Numbered from the stretch's first letter, positions 36,853 to 47,586 are shown. The stretch is DNA of 64,000 bases from Candidatus Parcubacteria bacterium (GCA_027450205.1 DAIDJL010000004.1:139932-203931); one strand, 5' to 3'. Notes: a model not told the origin generated them from the sequence alone. Numbers and translations: made by a program.

Positions 36853-37995
36853 ATGGCACAAGCGCTCTATCGTAAATATCGGCCGCAGAAGCTGGACGAC
36901 GTACTCGGCCAGGAGACGAACGTCGAGATCCTCAAGAACGCCGCGAAGGCGGGGCGGCTCGGGCAAGCTTATATTTTTTATGGTGCGCGGGGCACGGGCA
37001 AGACGACGACGGCGCGGCTGATCGCAAAGCTGCTCAACTGCGAGAAGCGCCGCGATGATCCGGAATTTGCCAAGCTCGGCGAGCCGTGCAACGAGTGCCG
37101 CGAATGCCTGGCGATCGACGCGCAGAACTCGTTCGACGTGGTTGAGATCGACGCGGCGTCCAATCGCGGCATCGATGAGATCCGCAACCTTAAGGAAAAT
37201 ATTCGTACCTCCCCCGCCAGCGCCGATCACAAAGTTTATATTATAGACGAAGCTCATATGCTTACCGGCGCGGCGTTCAACGCGCTGCTCAAGACGCTCG
37301 AGGAGCCGCCAAAGCACGCGGCGATCATTCTGGCGACGACCGAATTCGAGAAATTGCCGTCGACGATCACCTCGCGTGCGCAACGGTTCATATTCAAAAA
37401 ATTGCCGAAGGCGACGATCATGGAAAAGCTGACGTCCATCGCGGCGAAGGAAAAAATAAAAATTGATGAGGCGGCGATCGAGCTCATTGCGGCGGCGGCA
37501 GAAGGAAGCTTTCGCGATGCGGAGTCGTTGCTGGACCAGATCTCGTCGCTTGAAGGAGCGGGTACGGACGATGGCAAAGATGGCGCGAAGTCAAAGGGCA
37601 TTTCCCTCGCCGACGCGGAGCGCGTTACCGGCCGCACCGGACTCAAAAAAGTGCATGAATTTGCCGATCTTATTGTTAAAAAAGATATAAAAGACGCACT
37701 TGGTTATTTGAACGAGCTGAATGAAGACGGCCACAACCTCGTGCAATTTAATAAAGATTTAATACATTATTTACGCAAAGTGCTGTCGCTCAAAGTAAAT
37801 CCTTCGCTCAAGGCGGTCATGGAACGCGACCTTACGCGCGATGAGGTAGCCGCAGCCATCGCGCTGGGCGTTGCCGCCGACATCGCTGTTCTTGTTAAAA
37901 TGATCAAAGCGCTCATCCGCGCGTACGCGGAGATGCGCTATTCCCCGTTTGCCATTGTTCCGCTCGAAGTGGCGCTCGTTGAGAACCTCTCATGA
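36853..37995 (+). CDS. dnaX: DNA polymerase III gamma/tau
   Basis: ALYRKYRP, GARGTGKTT, EIDAASNRG, DEAHML, KTLEEPP. Confidence 0.97.
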   Translation: MAQALYRKYRPQKLDDVLGQETNVEILKNAAKAGRLGQAYIFYGARGTGKTTTARLIAKLLNCEKRRDDPEFAKLGEPCNECRECLAIDAQNSFDVVEIDAASNRGIDEIRNLKENIRTSPASADHKVYIIDEAHMLTGAAFNALLKTLEEPPKHAAIILATTEFEKLPSTITSRAQRFIFKKLPKATIMEKLTSIAAKEKIKIDEAAIELIAAAAEGSFRDAESLLDQISSLEGAGTDDGKDGAKSKGISLADAERVTGRTGLKKVHEFADLIVKKDIKDALGYLNELNEDGHNLVQFNKDLIHYLRKVLSLKVNPSLKAVMERDLTRDEVAAAIALGVAADIAVLVKMIKALIRAYAEMRYSPFAIVPLEVALVENLS

Positions 37996-38981
37996 AGGCA
38001 CTTTTTTCAAAATATTTCATCATCGTCATTTGGGTGGTCGCGCTCGGAGTGATCGGGACGCTTTTTGTATTCGTGGTGGAACCAAGCCTGAATCCCGCAC
38101 GACAGGGCGCGGGAAATAATTCGACCGCCGCGGCCGGATCGGCGCCGGTTGCGCCGGTAACGCCAAGCGTGGAGCTTACGATCGTAAAGACCAAAGCCGG
38201 AAATTCGCTTTATATCCAATGGGCCAACCTGCCGGGGAACACTACGGGGCTTAATATTTTCCGGGGATTGAAGAACAGTACGAGCGGCTGGTCGCTTTGG
38301 AAAACGCTCACGCTGACCCCGGGCGAGATCGCGAGCGGAAACGCATCGATCGGCCTCGGCAGGGCGACGCTCGCCGGATATTCCTTTTATGTGGAAGCAA
38401 TAAGCGGAAACAATAATGGAACGAGTACGGGCAACGGTGCGGGATCGAATCCGGCGGTGCTTTGGACATCATCCGTGACCGACCCCGCGGTCGCCACTTC
38501 CACGCCGCAAAGCATCCCGACAAGCAATACGTCGCCGACGGGAACACAAACGCCTTCTTCAACATCTTCATCGACATCCCCCGCGCCCGCGCCGTCTTCG
38601 ACCGCCACCTCAACCAGCCCAACGCCGACCACTCCCCCTTCCGCGCCAACCGGCACGCCATACTATAGTCCAAAAATGCAGATCGAAGGTTACGGCTCCG
38701 CGCAGACCAATAATTTCTGGGTCCAGCACGTTGACCAGAAGATCCAGATCGGCTGGCAGAATCTTCCGCCGACCACCACGAGTATCGTCATCCTGCGATC
38801 GCAAAACCAGAACGGTCCGTGGGCAGCCATGCTCACCCAGCAGAACCCGGGCGTGAACGGCGCATATTCGATCCAGGTGGTGGACAATACCCTGGGGGTC
38901 CCTTACTACTATGAGATGAACGCGCTCGCGGGAAATACAGTGATCGCAACGTATGGACCAGTCTATCTACCCGGCAATTAA
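37992..38981 (+). CDS. Hypothetical membrane-anchored protein with two FnIII-like domains and a Ser/Thr/Pro linker
   Basis: Duplicated unit IQWANLP..IFRG..W..FYVEA / IGWQNLP..ILRS..W..YYEMNA. Confidence 0.8.
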   Translation: MKALFSKYFIIVIWVVALGVIGTLFVFVVEPSLNPARQGAGNNSTAAAGSAPVAPVTPSVELTIVKTKAGNSLYIQWANLPGNTTGLNIFRGLKNSTSGWSLWKTLTLTPGEIASGNASIGLGRATLAGYSFYVEAISGNNNGTSTGNGAGSNPAVLWTSSVTDPAVATSTPQSIPTSNTSPTGTQTPSSTSSSTSPAPAPSSTATSTSPTPTTPPSAPTGTPYYSPKMQIEGYGSAQTNNFWVQHVDQKIQIGWQNLPPTTTSIVILRSQNQNGPWAAMLTQQNPGVNGAYSIQVVDNTLGVPYYYEMNALAGNTVIATYGPVYLPGN

Positions 38982-38986
38982 GGCGC

Positions 38987-39457
38987 CTATTGCGTGACGG
39001 AAATCGTCTTGTTCAGTTCCGCAAACGGCGCGGATACCGTGATCTGCCCCGTGGAAGAATTGGCAGCGATAGAATAAGCGCTGTCATAATCGCTCACGGA
39101 GTTATAGTAACTGCTTGTCGCGCTCGGATCGAAGGGAAAACTGAAGAGGCCGTACGCGCCATTTCCAAGGACGACGCACGGTGCGATATTATATCCCCCG
39201 GCGGAGCTTTTCATGCGTGCGGTGGAGGTCGGGATGGCGCCCGATGCGCAGGAAAACTGTTCGTTGCTTTGGTCCGCGATGTTCTGACGGATCGCGTTCA
39301 TGATGGTTTGCAGATTCGAGATCCGCTGAGTGTTCCGCGCTGATGCTAATTGTCCGGCGGGATTCGCGGCGATAAGATAGACGCCCGTGATGATCGCAAT
39401 AAGCGATATCGTTACAATAAGCTCTATCAGAGTGAATCCGTTCCGTTTTCTGATCAT
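38987..39457 (-). CDS. Type IV prepilin
   Basis: G/FTLIELIVTI class III signal; ARNTQRISNL. Confidence 0.92.
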   Translation of the reverse strand: MIRKRNGFTLIELIVTISLIAIITGVYLIAANPAGQLASARNTQRISNLQTIMNAIRQNIADQSNEQFSCASGAIPTSTARMKSSAGGYNIAPCVVLGNGAYGLFSFPFDPSATSSYYNSVSDYDSAYSIAANSSTGQITVSAPFAELNKTISVTQ

Positions 39458-39461
39458 TTAT

Positions 39462-40895
39462 TCATTGTACTTCTTCCCATGAAATCGGCGAATACTGGTC
39501 GGTGGTCAGCGGGAAGCTCGGCGGCGGGCTATAGAGAAGATTGGTATCATAATTGTAATCCCGATTCTGATATCCGCTCACCACCGGATTTCCCCACGCG
39601 ACCCCCGCTTGTTGGTTGCTCGCGATGATGCCGAGCGTGGTCAATTGATTGCGAAGATATGACGATCCGCAGTATGAGCTGTAATAGTAGCGCCGAACGG
39701 CGCCATTCTGCGCGATGAGCGCGGCGTCGACCGTAAGATTATTGTCGCTATTAAGGCCATAAATGATATTGTTCTGTGCGATGAGCGCGATGGTATCCGA
39801 TCCGTTGAAGTTGGTGTAATTGATGCTGTTGTTCACGATGATATTGGTGTACGTAGATTGGTTCGCCGGGAATTTTCCGGAGGCGATCGTCACCCGCGCG
39901 CCATCCACGGTTCCCCGCACCCAAAGATTGTCGGCAAAGAACATATTTCCGTTCTGCGGAATCGTTCCGGTGGCATAGAGCGTTTCCGACTGGATGCTCC
40001 ACGTCCCCCAACCCGTTTCGTTCTGGGAGTTGGTGCAATATCGCGGCGGAGATACGAGCGCCGTCACCTTATAGACGGTGAACGTCGTCGATGAAAGCGC
40101 AAGGTCGTATCCGAACGCGCCGGAACCGGTGGCGTAATATCCCGTTGCCTGCGCATTTGCCTCGATCGTCGCAAGATCCTGGGTGATGCCGGCAAAATCC
40201 ACCGCCGGCACGCCAAGCGACCGGCCGGCAAGAAACACGTTCGAGGTGCTGGTAGGTAACGGTGTAGGCGGCTGAGGATCGGCCGGCGGGGTTGTGGTAT
40301 ATACCGCCCACTCAGTGCGGTTGCCGTTGGCCGGATCCGTATAGGTGGTAAGCGCGCTTTCCACAAGATTGTGCGCGGTACCGTCAAATTGGATGCCGCC
40401 ATTGGAATCGATCACGCCGTAGACCTGCGCCGTCGTGCCGAAAACGACATTGCTGTTCAACACCCACGCATATTTTGCGAATGACGGGATCCCCATCTGC
40501 ACTTTTATTATTTTTTTAATGCTTGCATCGGCGGTCACGGTACCGGCGCTTGAAATGGTGACGACCGTAGAACCAGGCGGCGGCGGCGTGATCGTAAGCG
40601 TGAACTGCCCGATCTCATTGCCGTTCTTGTCATAATAATTATGAACATATGGGCCAGGCTGCCCCGTTCCGTCCTGATAATCCGTCGGCGCATGCGCGAG
40701 ATGCCACCGGTAATATTCAATGCCTGCTTCGGCGATCGCGAACGCCTGCAGTTTATTCTGGGCGCGCACGGAAAGCTGAAGGAATGATCCCGCAAGCGAA
40801 ATGAATCCGCCGATCACCGTCACGATGATGGCGGAAAGGAAAAGCATTTCTATGGCAATCTGCGCGGTTCGATTGTGCGTGGTGTTCATGGTCAT
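39462..40895 (-). CDS. PilX-like minor pilin / assembly protein
   Basis: Hydrophobic N-terminus, QAFAIAEAGIEY, C-terminal YDTNLLYSPPPSFP..SWEE. Confidence 0.85.
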   Translation of the reverse strand: MTMNTTHNRTAQIAIEMLFLSAIIVTVIGGFISLAGSFLQLSVRAQNKLQAFAIAEAGIEYYRWHLAHAPTDYQDGTGQPGPYVHNYYDKNGNEIGQFTLTITPPPPGSTVVTISSAGTVTADASIKKIIKVQMGIPSFAKYAWVLNSNVVFGTTAQVYGVIDSNGGIQFDGTAHNLVESALTTYTDPANGNRTEWAVYTTTPPADPQPPTPLPTSTSNVFLAGRSLGVPAVDFAGITQDLATIEANAQATGYYATGSGAFGYDLALSSTTFTVYKVTALVSPPRYCTNSQNETGWGTWSIQSETLYATGTIPQNGNMFFADNLWVRGTVDGARVTIASGKFPANQSTYTNIIVNNSINYTNFNGSDTIALIAQNNIIYGLNSDNNLTVDAALIAQNGAVRRYYYSSYCGSSYLRNQLTTLGIIASNQQAGVAWGNPVVSGYQNRDYNYDTNLLYSPPPSFPLTTDQYSPISWEEVQ

Positions 40896-41509
40896 CAGTT
40901 GCTTCTTAGATTTCGTATGTCAATGAGTGCGGAAAAATATTGCGGGGGTTGTGATTGTTGCGCGCTCGCTCCGGAGCTGGAAAAAAATGATATGCCGACG
41001 AGTCGGATCGCGGATACGCTCACCGGAATCGTGAGGGCGCTTTGGGTGCCGGTGTAGTTCGCGTCATAATAGCTGAACAGCGGCGTAGAGCTCGCAAGGG
41101 TGACATTATCGATGACGTCGGTCACGACCTCGGATGATGTCGGATAGGTCGCCGGCGTCCCGGTGGGCGCGATCACCCCTTTATAGATGGTGGACGACGA
41201 AAGAAAATACCGCACATGCTCCACCCTTCCGTCCTTGTTGATATCGCTGTAGAACGCGAACGAGCTCGTGCCCGCGGCGTCGATCGGATAAGATCCGTTC
41301 TGTGAGAGGCTCGCGGAACGGATCTCGCTCGTCATGATCTGGAGCGTTTGCGCAGTATCGGACTTTGACTGAAGCTGCTGGCTGATCAATATGTTCAGAT
41401 CGTTCACATTGCCGCTGAAATTGCTCGCAATAATCACGAGTGATGCTGCGATCGCCACAACAATGAGCACTTCCACCAATGAAAATCCTTTATGTGACGG
41501 TTTTTTCAT
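40895..41509 (-). CDS. PilW-like minor pilin
   Basis: G/FSLVEVLIV, MTSEIRSA, C-terminal IRNL. Confidence 0.88.
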   Translation of the reverse strand: MKKPSHKGFSLVEVLIVVAIAASLVIIASNFSGNVNDLNILISQQLQSKSDTAQTLQIMTSEIRSASLSQNGSYPIDAAGTSSFAFYSDINKDGRVEHVRYFLSSSTIYKGVIAPTGTPATYPTSSEVVTDVIDNVTLASSTPLFSYYDANYTGTQSALTIPVSVSAIRLVGISFFSSSGASAQQSQPPQYFSALIDIRNLRSN

Positions 41510-41510
41510 A

Positions 41511-43277
41511 TCAGAGATGGATAAGCGGAACGGTTGACGATTGGAATCCGGGACCGACGGATACCGTGGTGGAATTCTGATTATAATTCGCCGCGCTCAC
41601 GCTTACCGTGTATGTACCTTGCGGAAGGCTGGTAAAAAGCGTCTGCGCAGGCGGCACACAGTTCGCGGAGAAACCGAACGTGACGCCCGTAAGCGCCGGC
41701 GTATAGTTCTGATCCTGGGTGGACATGAATACCTTATAGCGCAGGTAGCGGTTTCCAGAAAGCGACACAGGCAATGTGCTCGGGGTCGTCGTGAAATAGG
41801 TGCCGGACGTTCCGTCGGGACCGACGAAATTCCATGTGGCATCGTCGTTGTTCGCCGCAACCTGGAACGCGATGCTTCCCGCACCCGTCTGCGACGGTTG
41901 TGATACCGGCGTCCACGACATCCACGGGATCGTAGAGCTCGATCCGCCGAGATCGATCGTATTGGAAATGAGCCATTCGGTCACCGAAGTCGGGAATGTT
42001 CCCGATGCGTTCACAAGCAGTTGGAGCACGCCGGGTACGCTCGTATCCATTCCCCCGCTCTGGCTCGCGTATTGTCCGCCCGACCAGTCCGTCTGGGAGA
42101 CCGTTGCCTGGCCGGTGGTCTGCGTTTCGGAAAATCCGGATCCCGACATGGTAACGCTTGCCCCCGTGATCCCCGCCCCCGTCGCCGCATCGGTGACGGT
42201 GGTCAGGAGCGACGGGTCAGCCGCCGGTTCAAGCACGAACTGAAATGCCTGCGTGGAACTGGGATTCACGGTCACTGGGTCAAGCGGGATGGTACCCATA
42301 AGATCGCGGGAAACATCGGAAAGTGAGAGCGTATACGTGTCCCATTCCATGTTTTGCATCAACGTCGTGCCGTTTGCACCCATCGTCGTTGTAGTGGAGA
42401 ACTTCAGAACGTCCGGCGATGTACCGATCAATTTTGCACCGGCGATGGAGAATGATTCGTTCGGCACGGCATTGCACCGGTCATCGGTCGCGGATACAGC
42501 AAGGGAGCTCGTGCGGTCAATGGCAAAGGTTATGGCGGTCACGGTCTGCGCCACAACGGTCGCATTCGGCTTGATTGGATTGGGATTTCCGGCGCCGCCG
42601 ACCGGGTAGGTCTGGTCCGTCGAGTAACCCGGCTTGGTGACGCTGATCCAATATCCCTGCGTGCTTGTCGGCACCCCCACGAGCTCCAACACGCCGCTCG
42701 CGTTCGTCGTATCGGTGAGATCGATGGATGGTGTCACTGACGCGTTCACCACATTTACCGTCGCTCCGGGGACGCCTATGCCGTTCGCGTCGAGCGCGTA
42801 GATAAAAAGGGATCCGTCCTGCGTGGCGCTTTCCAGATTTTTGGGCGCGACGGTCGTCGTGATGGTCATGGAGACGGGATTATCGCAGAGCGGACATAAC
42901 GCCGTGATGGAAACCATTTTGTAATCGGCGGGCGCGGTGTCGTTCGGATTACCGCCAAGCGTGCCGTCAAACGGGTCATCGATGTTGCGGATCGTCGTCT
43001 GGAGGATGAAATTATAGCTGCCCATGGTGACAGTCTGCGACTGCGGGATGATGCCGGTCGGCACGCCGCCGACCGTTCCAACGCTGTCGTACGGCAGATC
43101 GCGGATCATCTCTATTTCATTGCCGACAGCCGCCGTTTCCGCGCTGCGCACGCTCACGTTCGCTACGGCGGTGATGATGGAAAAATAGACGAGATAGATG
43201 CCGCCGAACAATACCGCGACGATCGCCATACTGATCACGAGATCTATTAAGCTGGTTCCTTTAGTGGCCTGTTTCAC
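41511..43277 (-). CDS. PilV-like minor pilin fused to beta-sandwich (carboxypeptidase-regulatory-like) domains
   Basis: G/TSLIDLVI, EMIRDLPYD, DDPFDG, VTKPGY, RYLRYKV. Confidence 0.85.
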   Translation of the reverse strand: MKQATKGTSLIDLVISMAIVAVLFGGIYLVYFSIITAVANVSVRSAETAAVGNEIEMIRDLPYDSVGTVGGVPTGIIPQSQTVTMGSYNFILQTTIRNIDDPFDGTLGGNPNDTAPADYKMVSITALCPLCDNPVSMTITTTVAPKNLESATQDGSLFIYALDANGIGVPGATVNVVNASVTPSIDLTDTTNASGVLELVGVPTSTQGYWISVTKPGYSTDQTYPVGGAGNPNPIKPNATVVAQTVTAITFAIDRTSSLAVSATDDRCNAVPNESFSIAGAKLIGTSPDVLKFSTTTTMGANGTTLMQNMEWDTYTLSLSDVSRDLMGTIPLDPVTVNPSSTQAFQFVLEPAADPSLLTTVTDAATGAGITGASVTMSGSGFSETQTTGQATVSQTDWSGGQYASQSGGMDTSVPGVLQLLVNASGTFPTSVTEWLISNTIDLGGSSSTIPWMSWTPVSQPSQTGAGSIAFQVAANNDDATWNFVGPDGTSGTYFTTTPSTLPVSLSGNRYLRYKVFMSTQDQNYTPALTGVTFGFSANCVPPAQTLFTSLPQGTYTVSVSAANYNQNSTTVSVGPGFQSSTVPLIHL

Positions 43278-44341
43278 TTGATGCCCGACGAAATGGAATA
43301 AATGGGGGTGATGATGGAGAGCGCGACGAAGCCCACCAGCAGTCCCATGACGAGCAACATAATGGGTTCAATGAGCGACGTGAGCGCGTGCAGTTTTATA
43401 TCCACCTCATCGTCGTAATATTCCGCGAGATATTCCAGATTGTCCTCAAGATTGCCGGTCGTTTCGCCGATCTGCACCATGCCGTAAACCAGCGGCGGAA
43501 AGAATTCTTTTTTTGTGGAAAGATAGGCGCCCAGAACGCCCCCTTTGGTGATCTCTTCTTTGGAATCGAGGAGTATTTTCCGATAGACCTGATTATTGAA
43601 CGTCGCGGCGGTGATATCGAGCGATTCCACGATCTTGACGCCGCTCTTTAAAAGCAGGGAGAGTACGCGGGAAAAGTTCACCATATTCACACCAACAATG
43701 ACGCCCGAAACAACCGGCGCATGAAGTGCAAGCGTGTCCAGGAAATATTTCACCGGTTGCACCTGCTTGGTGATGATCCGGATCGCGATGACGAAGACGA
43801 TGATACCAAGGAGAATCCAGATGCCATACGTCTGGGCAAAACTTAACATCCATAGCATGATGCGCGTCGTAAGCGGAAGCTGCACGTTAAGACTTGAGAA
43901 GACCGGAATAAGCTTGGGGAAAACATAGAATGTGAGGAATCCCGCGACCGCGAGTGTGGCTACAAGGATAACGAGCGGATAGATCATCGCCGAGCGCACT
44001 TTGTTCTCCAGCGATTTCGCACGCTTGAGCTCATCGGCAAGATAGAGCAGGTTCTTTGCAAGCGTTCCGGACGTTTCGCCTACGCGGACGATATTGATGA
44101 AAAATCCCCCGAAAAGGTAGTCGAATTTTTGGAGGCCATCGGCAAGGAACTTGCCGTTGTTCACGTCAAGGATGAGGCTGTCTACCACCTTCTTCAGTAC
44201 CGGCGACTCGGTTTGTTCTTTAATGATGGTAAGGCCGTTGTAGATCGGCAGCCCCGCTTTAATGATAAGCGAAAGGTGGCGCGCAAAATTGATCCGGTCC
44301 TGAAGCGAGATGCGATCGAACACCCGGGAATAGAATTTCAT
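43274..44341 (-). CDS. pilC: Type IV pilus platform protein (PilC/GspF)
   Basis: VGETSGTL, SAMIYP, IGETTGNL, LIEP. Confidence 0.93.
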   Translation of the reverse strand: MKFYSRVFDRISLQDRINFARHLSLIIKAGLPIYNGLTIIKEQTESPVLKKVVDSLILDVNNGKFLADGLQKFDYLFGGFFINIVRVGETSGTLAKNLLYLADELKRAKSLENKVRSAMIYPLVILVATLAVAGFLTFYVFPKLIPVFSSLNVQLPLTTRIMLWMLSFAQTYGIWILLGIIVFVIAIRIITKQVQPVKYFLDTLALHAPVVSGVIVGVNMVNFSRVLSLLLKSGVKIVESLDITAATFNNQVYRKILLDSKEEITKGGVLGAYLSTKKEFFPPLVYGMVQIGETTGNLEDNLEYLAEYYDDEVDIKLHALTSLIEPIMLLVMGLLVGFVALSIITPIYSISSGIK

Positions 44342-44353
44342 GGCGAGAAACGG

Positions 44354-45586
44354 TTATTCGTGGATGACCCGCAATATTTCCTCGATGGAGGTAAGCCCCT
44401 TTCCGGCGCTTATGAGCGCATCGTCTATCATCGTGGTCATGCCGTCCTGGATCGCCGCTTCCTTGATCTCGTTGGCATCCGCGCGGCTCATGATCAATTT
44501 CTGGATCGAGTCCCTTACTTCCAGAACCTCATGGATGGCGATGCGGCCGCGGTATCCGGCATTATTGCATTCTTCGCAGCCCTTCGGGCTATAGAATTTC
44601 ATATCTTCATCAAGCGACGGGATCAACTCCTTCAAACTGCGGATCTCTTCCCGGGACATTTTCCGCTCAACCTTGCAACTCTGGCAAAGCTTGCGCACCA
44701 ACCGCTGGCTGATCGCAACGTTCACCGTGGACGCCACAAGGAATGACGGCACGCCCATATCGAGCAGGCGCGGGAATGTCGTTGCGGCATCATTGGTATG
44801 CAGCGTGGAAAGCAGCAGGTGTCCGGTGAGCGCGGCCTGCACCGAGACCGATGCCGTCTCTTCGTCGCGGATCTCGCCCACCATGATGATATTCGGATCC
44901 TGCCGCAAAATGGAACGTAATCCGGCGGCAAATGTAAGGCCGACATCGGTGTTGGTCTGGATCTGCGTCGTTCCGTCAAGAGAATATTCTATCGGGTCTT
45001 CGATCGTGATGATGGATACCTCCGGCTTATTGAGCTGCTTCAAGATGGTATATAAAAGCGTTGTCTTTCCGGAACCGGTTGGGCCGTTTGCAAGGATCAT
45101 ACCGTACGGCTTCGCGATCGCGCCCCGGATCTTTTTAAGATCCGCCGGCGAAAAACCGAATGTATCAAGCTCGAAGGTTTGCGTTTCCGCGAGCACGCGC
45201 ATGATCACATTCTCGCCGTAATATGTCGGGATGATGGAAACACGCACATCAACACCTCCTGTTTCTTCGATCACGACCTTAAAACGTCCGTCCTGCGGCA
45301 AAAGATGTTCATCGGTGCGCAGGCCGGCAAGAACCTTGATGCGGCTCACCACTTCCTGATGGAGCTCTTTTTTTATCTTTGCCTCTTTGAAGCTGTCGTA
45401 GAGCAGTCCGTCAATGCGATAGCGCACGCGGAGCATATCCTTCGTCGGTTCAATATGAATATCCGACGCACCAATGGCGTAGGCATATTCCACGAACAGA
45501 TCCACAAGTTTTATGATAGAAACCTTCTCCAGCGACTCCGCGAACTCTTTTTCAATAAGGGGTTTAAGGGATTTGATATCGCGCAT
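44354..45586 (-). CDS. pilB: Type IV pilus assembly ATPase (PilB/GspE)
   Basis: ASDIHIEP, PQDGRF, GPTGSGKTT, LRQDPN, TGHLLLSTLHTN, Cys4 motif; start reassigned to MRDIK. Confidence 0.93.
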   Translation of the reverse strand: MRDIKSLKPLIEKEFAESLEKVSIIKLVDLFVEYAYAIGASDIHIEPTKDMLRVRYRIDGLLYDSFKEAKIKKELHQEVVSRIKVLAGLRTDEHLLPQDGRFKVVIEETGGVDVRVSIIPTYYGENVIMRVLAETQTFELDTFGFSPADLKKIRGAIAKPYGMILANGPTGSGKTTLLYTILKQLNKPEVSIITIEDPIEYSLDGTTQIQTNTDVGLTFAAGLRSILRQDPNIIMVGEIRDEETASVSVQAALTGHLLLSTLHTNDAATTFPRLLDMGVPSFLVASTVNVAISQRLVRKLCQSCKVERKMSREEIRSLKELIPSLDEDMKFYSPKGCEECNNAGYRGRIAIHEVLEVRDSIQKLIMSRADANEIKEAAIQDGMTTMIDDALISAGKGLTSIEEILRVIHE

Positions 45587-45640
45587 GGTTCTATTGTACC
45601 ATATGAAGCGCGGGCATGCTGCACCGCAAGCTTTATAATT

Positions 45641-45711
45641 TGCCGGATCATCTAATGGTAGGATAGTGGACTCTGAATCCATTCATCTTGGTTCGAATCC
45701 AAGTCCGGCAG
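45641..45711 (+). tRNA. tRNA-Gln (CTG)
   Basis: Acceptor TGCCGGA/TCCGGCA, anticodon arm GTGGA-CTCTGAA-TCCAT, CTTGG-TTCGAAT-CCAAG. Confidence 0.96.
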
Positions 45712-45747
45712 CACGAGATTCTGCTATTGGCCTCTCGACGATCTTTC

Positions 45748-46938
45748 TTACGGACGGCCGGCAATCAGACGGCCGAGCATCTGCATGAACGAAGCGAAAG
45801 GATAAAGAATGGTTGCGCCAAGCGTTGATGTGGCGATCGGCGTAACGGACGACGCGGGTGGCGCACCACCTCCTTCGTTGAAATTGCATATCTGGCCCGC
45901 CGGACACGGAGGCGGCGTGCCGCCAGGCACCATCGCCGGGCTGGCAACGCATTCGCTTCCATTCCAATATTCATTCTCGCCGCATCCGCCGGGATGGCCG
46001 TATGGAGTAGAAGAGCCGGTTATTATGTAATGCGACATCGTGGATGTTCCCGGATTGTAATTGGATTGTTTGCTGAATGCCTGGCATTCCGCAGCGTGTG
46101 CGGGATCGCTGCAGTATGCCTGGCATGATGCATCCGATGTGCAACCGCCCGGTCCGGCCTGCGTCACCTTCATATTGCCCTGTGCCGCTCCCATCGCTTC
46201 GCCGAACGCACCACAGGCAGAGCCATGACCCGGGTCATTGCAATAGGTAAGGCATGCCTGAAGCGTGGTGCATCCGCCGGGCGTTCCCCCGCTCTGCAGC
46301 AGCTGCTGAAACTTTTGCAGTGCCTCTGGTGAAACATCGTTCGGCCCTCCATTCTGACCGCCAATACGAAGACCCGCCTTCTCCGAAAAAGCCGCACACG
46401 CCGGCGCATGGCTTTCGTCGCTGCAATATGCGTTGCACGAATCCTTTGAATCGCAGCCGCCCGGCATCGTTCCGCCCGCATTCAGATATGCAAGCACTTT
46501 TTCCGCATCGCCGAGGTCGCCGCCCGTGATGTCATGCGCTTTTGCAAATGCGACGCAGGCGCTCAAATGGGAAACCGTGGTGCAGTATGCGTCGCATGCG
46601 TCCGGCGAGCTGCATCCGCCGGGACCGGTTCCGGCATTTGCAAAGAGCGCGGCGAACTGGTCGGCATTCTTCGCTTGAGCCGCGCTTTCAATGCCGTTAC
46701 TTTCCGCAAATGCGGTGCACGCCTTCATATTCACAGGTTCGTTGCAGTATGCATGGCATGATGCCTGATCCGTGCAGTTGCCAAGCGCCGCGACCGGGAA
46801 TGCAATGCTGTTCGGTGATAGCGTAGACGGCGGAGGCGTAGATGACGAAGTCTGTGCGAATGCGACGAGTGCGAACAGCGCGCTTCCCGCAACCACTGCC
46901 ATTCTTATGGCGTTCCCGACAAGAAAAGAGATCTTCAT
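45748..46938 (-). CDS. Secreted Cys-rich repeat protein
   Basis: Signal peptide (AFA-Q); five C-x5-C-x2-YC-x8-C-x2-F repeats; start reassigned to MKISFL. Confidence 0.85.
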   Translation of the reverse strand: MKISFLVGNAIRMAVVAGSALFALVAFAQTSSSTPPPSTLSPNSIAFPVAALGNCTDQASCHAYCNEPVNMKACTAFAESNGIESAAQAKNADQFAALFANAGTGPGGCSSPDACDAYCTTVSHLSACVAFAKAHDITGGDLGDAEKVLAYLNAGGTMPGGCDSKDSCNAYCSDESHAPACAAFSEKAGLRIGGQNGGPNDVSPEALQKFQQLLQSGGTPGGCTTLQACLTYCNDPGHGSACGAFGEAMGAAQGNMKVTQAGPGGCTSDASCQAYCSDPAHAAECQAFSKQSNYNPGTSTMSHYIITGSSTPYGHPGGCGENEYWNGSECVASPAMVPGGTPPPCPAGQICNFNEGGGAPPASSVTPIATSTLGATILYPFASFMQMLGRLIAGRP

Positions 46939-46954
46939 AATGGTCGTAAAAAAA

Positions 46955-47248
46955 TTAAAATGGGTTTTTATAAGCGCCCTGGAATGGATCAAGACTGCTG
47001 CCGACGGTTCCCGTGGCGCTTGTACTTGTACTTGCATTTGTGCTTGCACCCGCGCCCGTACCGGATGCGTTGCTTGCGGCTGTCGTTGTGGCAATGTTCA
47101 TTGACGAAGTGGCCGTGGCGACGGCGGGATTTGCCGGTACCATCGGAGGGGTCGGCGCGGATGAATGCGGTAGCAGGAAATACCATACCGCAAAACCCAA
47201 CACTGCAATAACGACCGCCACCACGAGGATGATGAGATATTTTTTCAT
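46955..47248 (-). CDS. Small membrane-anchored protein
   Basis: N-terminal TM, Ala/Thr/Ser linker, C-terminal YKNPF. Confidence 0.8.
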   Translation of the reverse strand: MKKYLIILVVAVVIAVLGFAVWYFLLPHSSAPTPPMVPANPAVATATSSMNIATTTAASNASGTGAGASTNASTSTSATGTVGSSLDPFQGAYKNPF

Positions 47249-47313
47249 ATTTTTATTATAACATTTGACAGCGTTGCATATTTAATGCTTGTATCCCCGA
47301 GGAGGATGCCATT

Positions 47314-47586
47314 ATGGTGAACATTGAAATCCACGGTTTTTCGGCGCAGGAGACTGAAACGAAATATTCGCAAATAGAGCGGATGCTTCGCGATTTACCG
47401 CTCGCGGGCGGCGTAACGATCAGCAAGTACGGCGATGTTGTCCTGGACCTTAAGGGATACCACCAACCATACATTCGCCTTGCCTTCACTGACGGACCGG
47501 ATATACGACAGGTGATCGACCTGCTCAAACCGTTCAAGCTTAACGTGCAGCTTCTTCGTCTGTATGCGACCATCGATCATGGTTGA
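47314..47586 (+). CDS. Orphan hypothetical protein (90 aa)
   Basis: GAGGAGG SD, upstream TTGACA, downstream nested hairpin. Confidence 0.7.
   Translation: MVNIEIHGFSAQETETKYSQIERMLRDLPLAGGVTISKYGDVVLDLKGYHQPYIRLAFTDGPDIRQVIDLLKPFKLNVQLLRLYATIDHG

Noticed and set aside
45641-45760. Integration island at tRNA-Gln
   Set aside because: No duplicated tRNA-Gln 3' end, repeats or integrase seen downstream.
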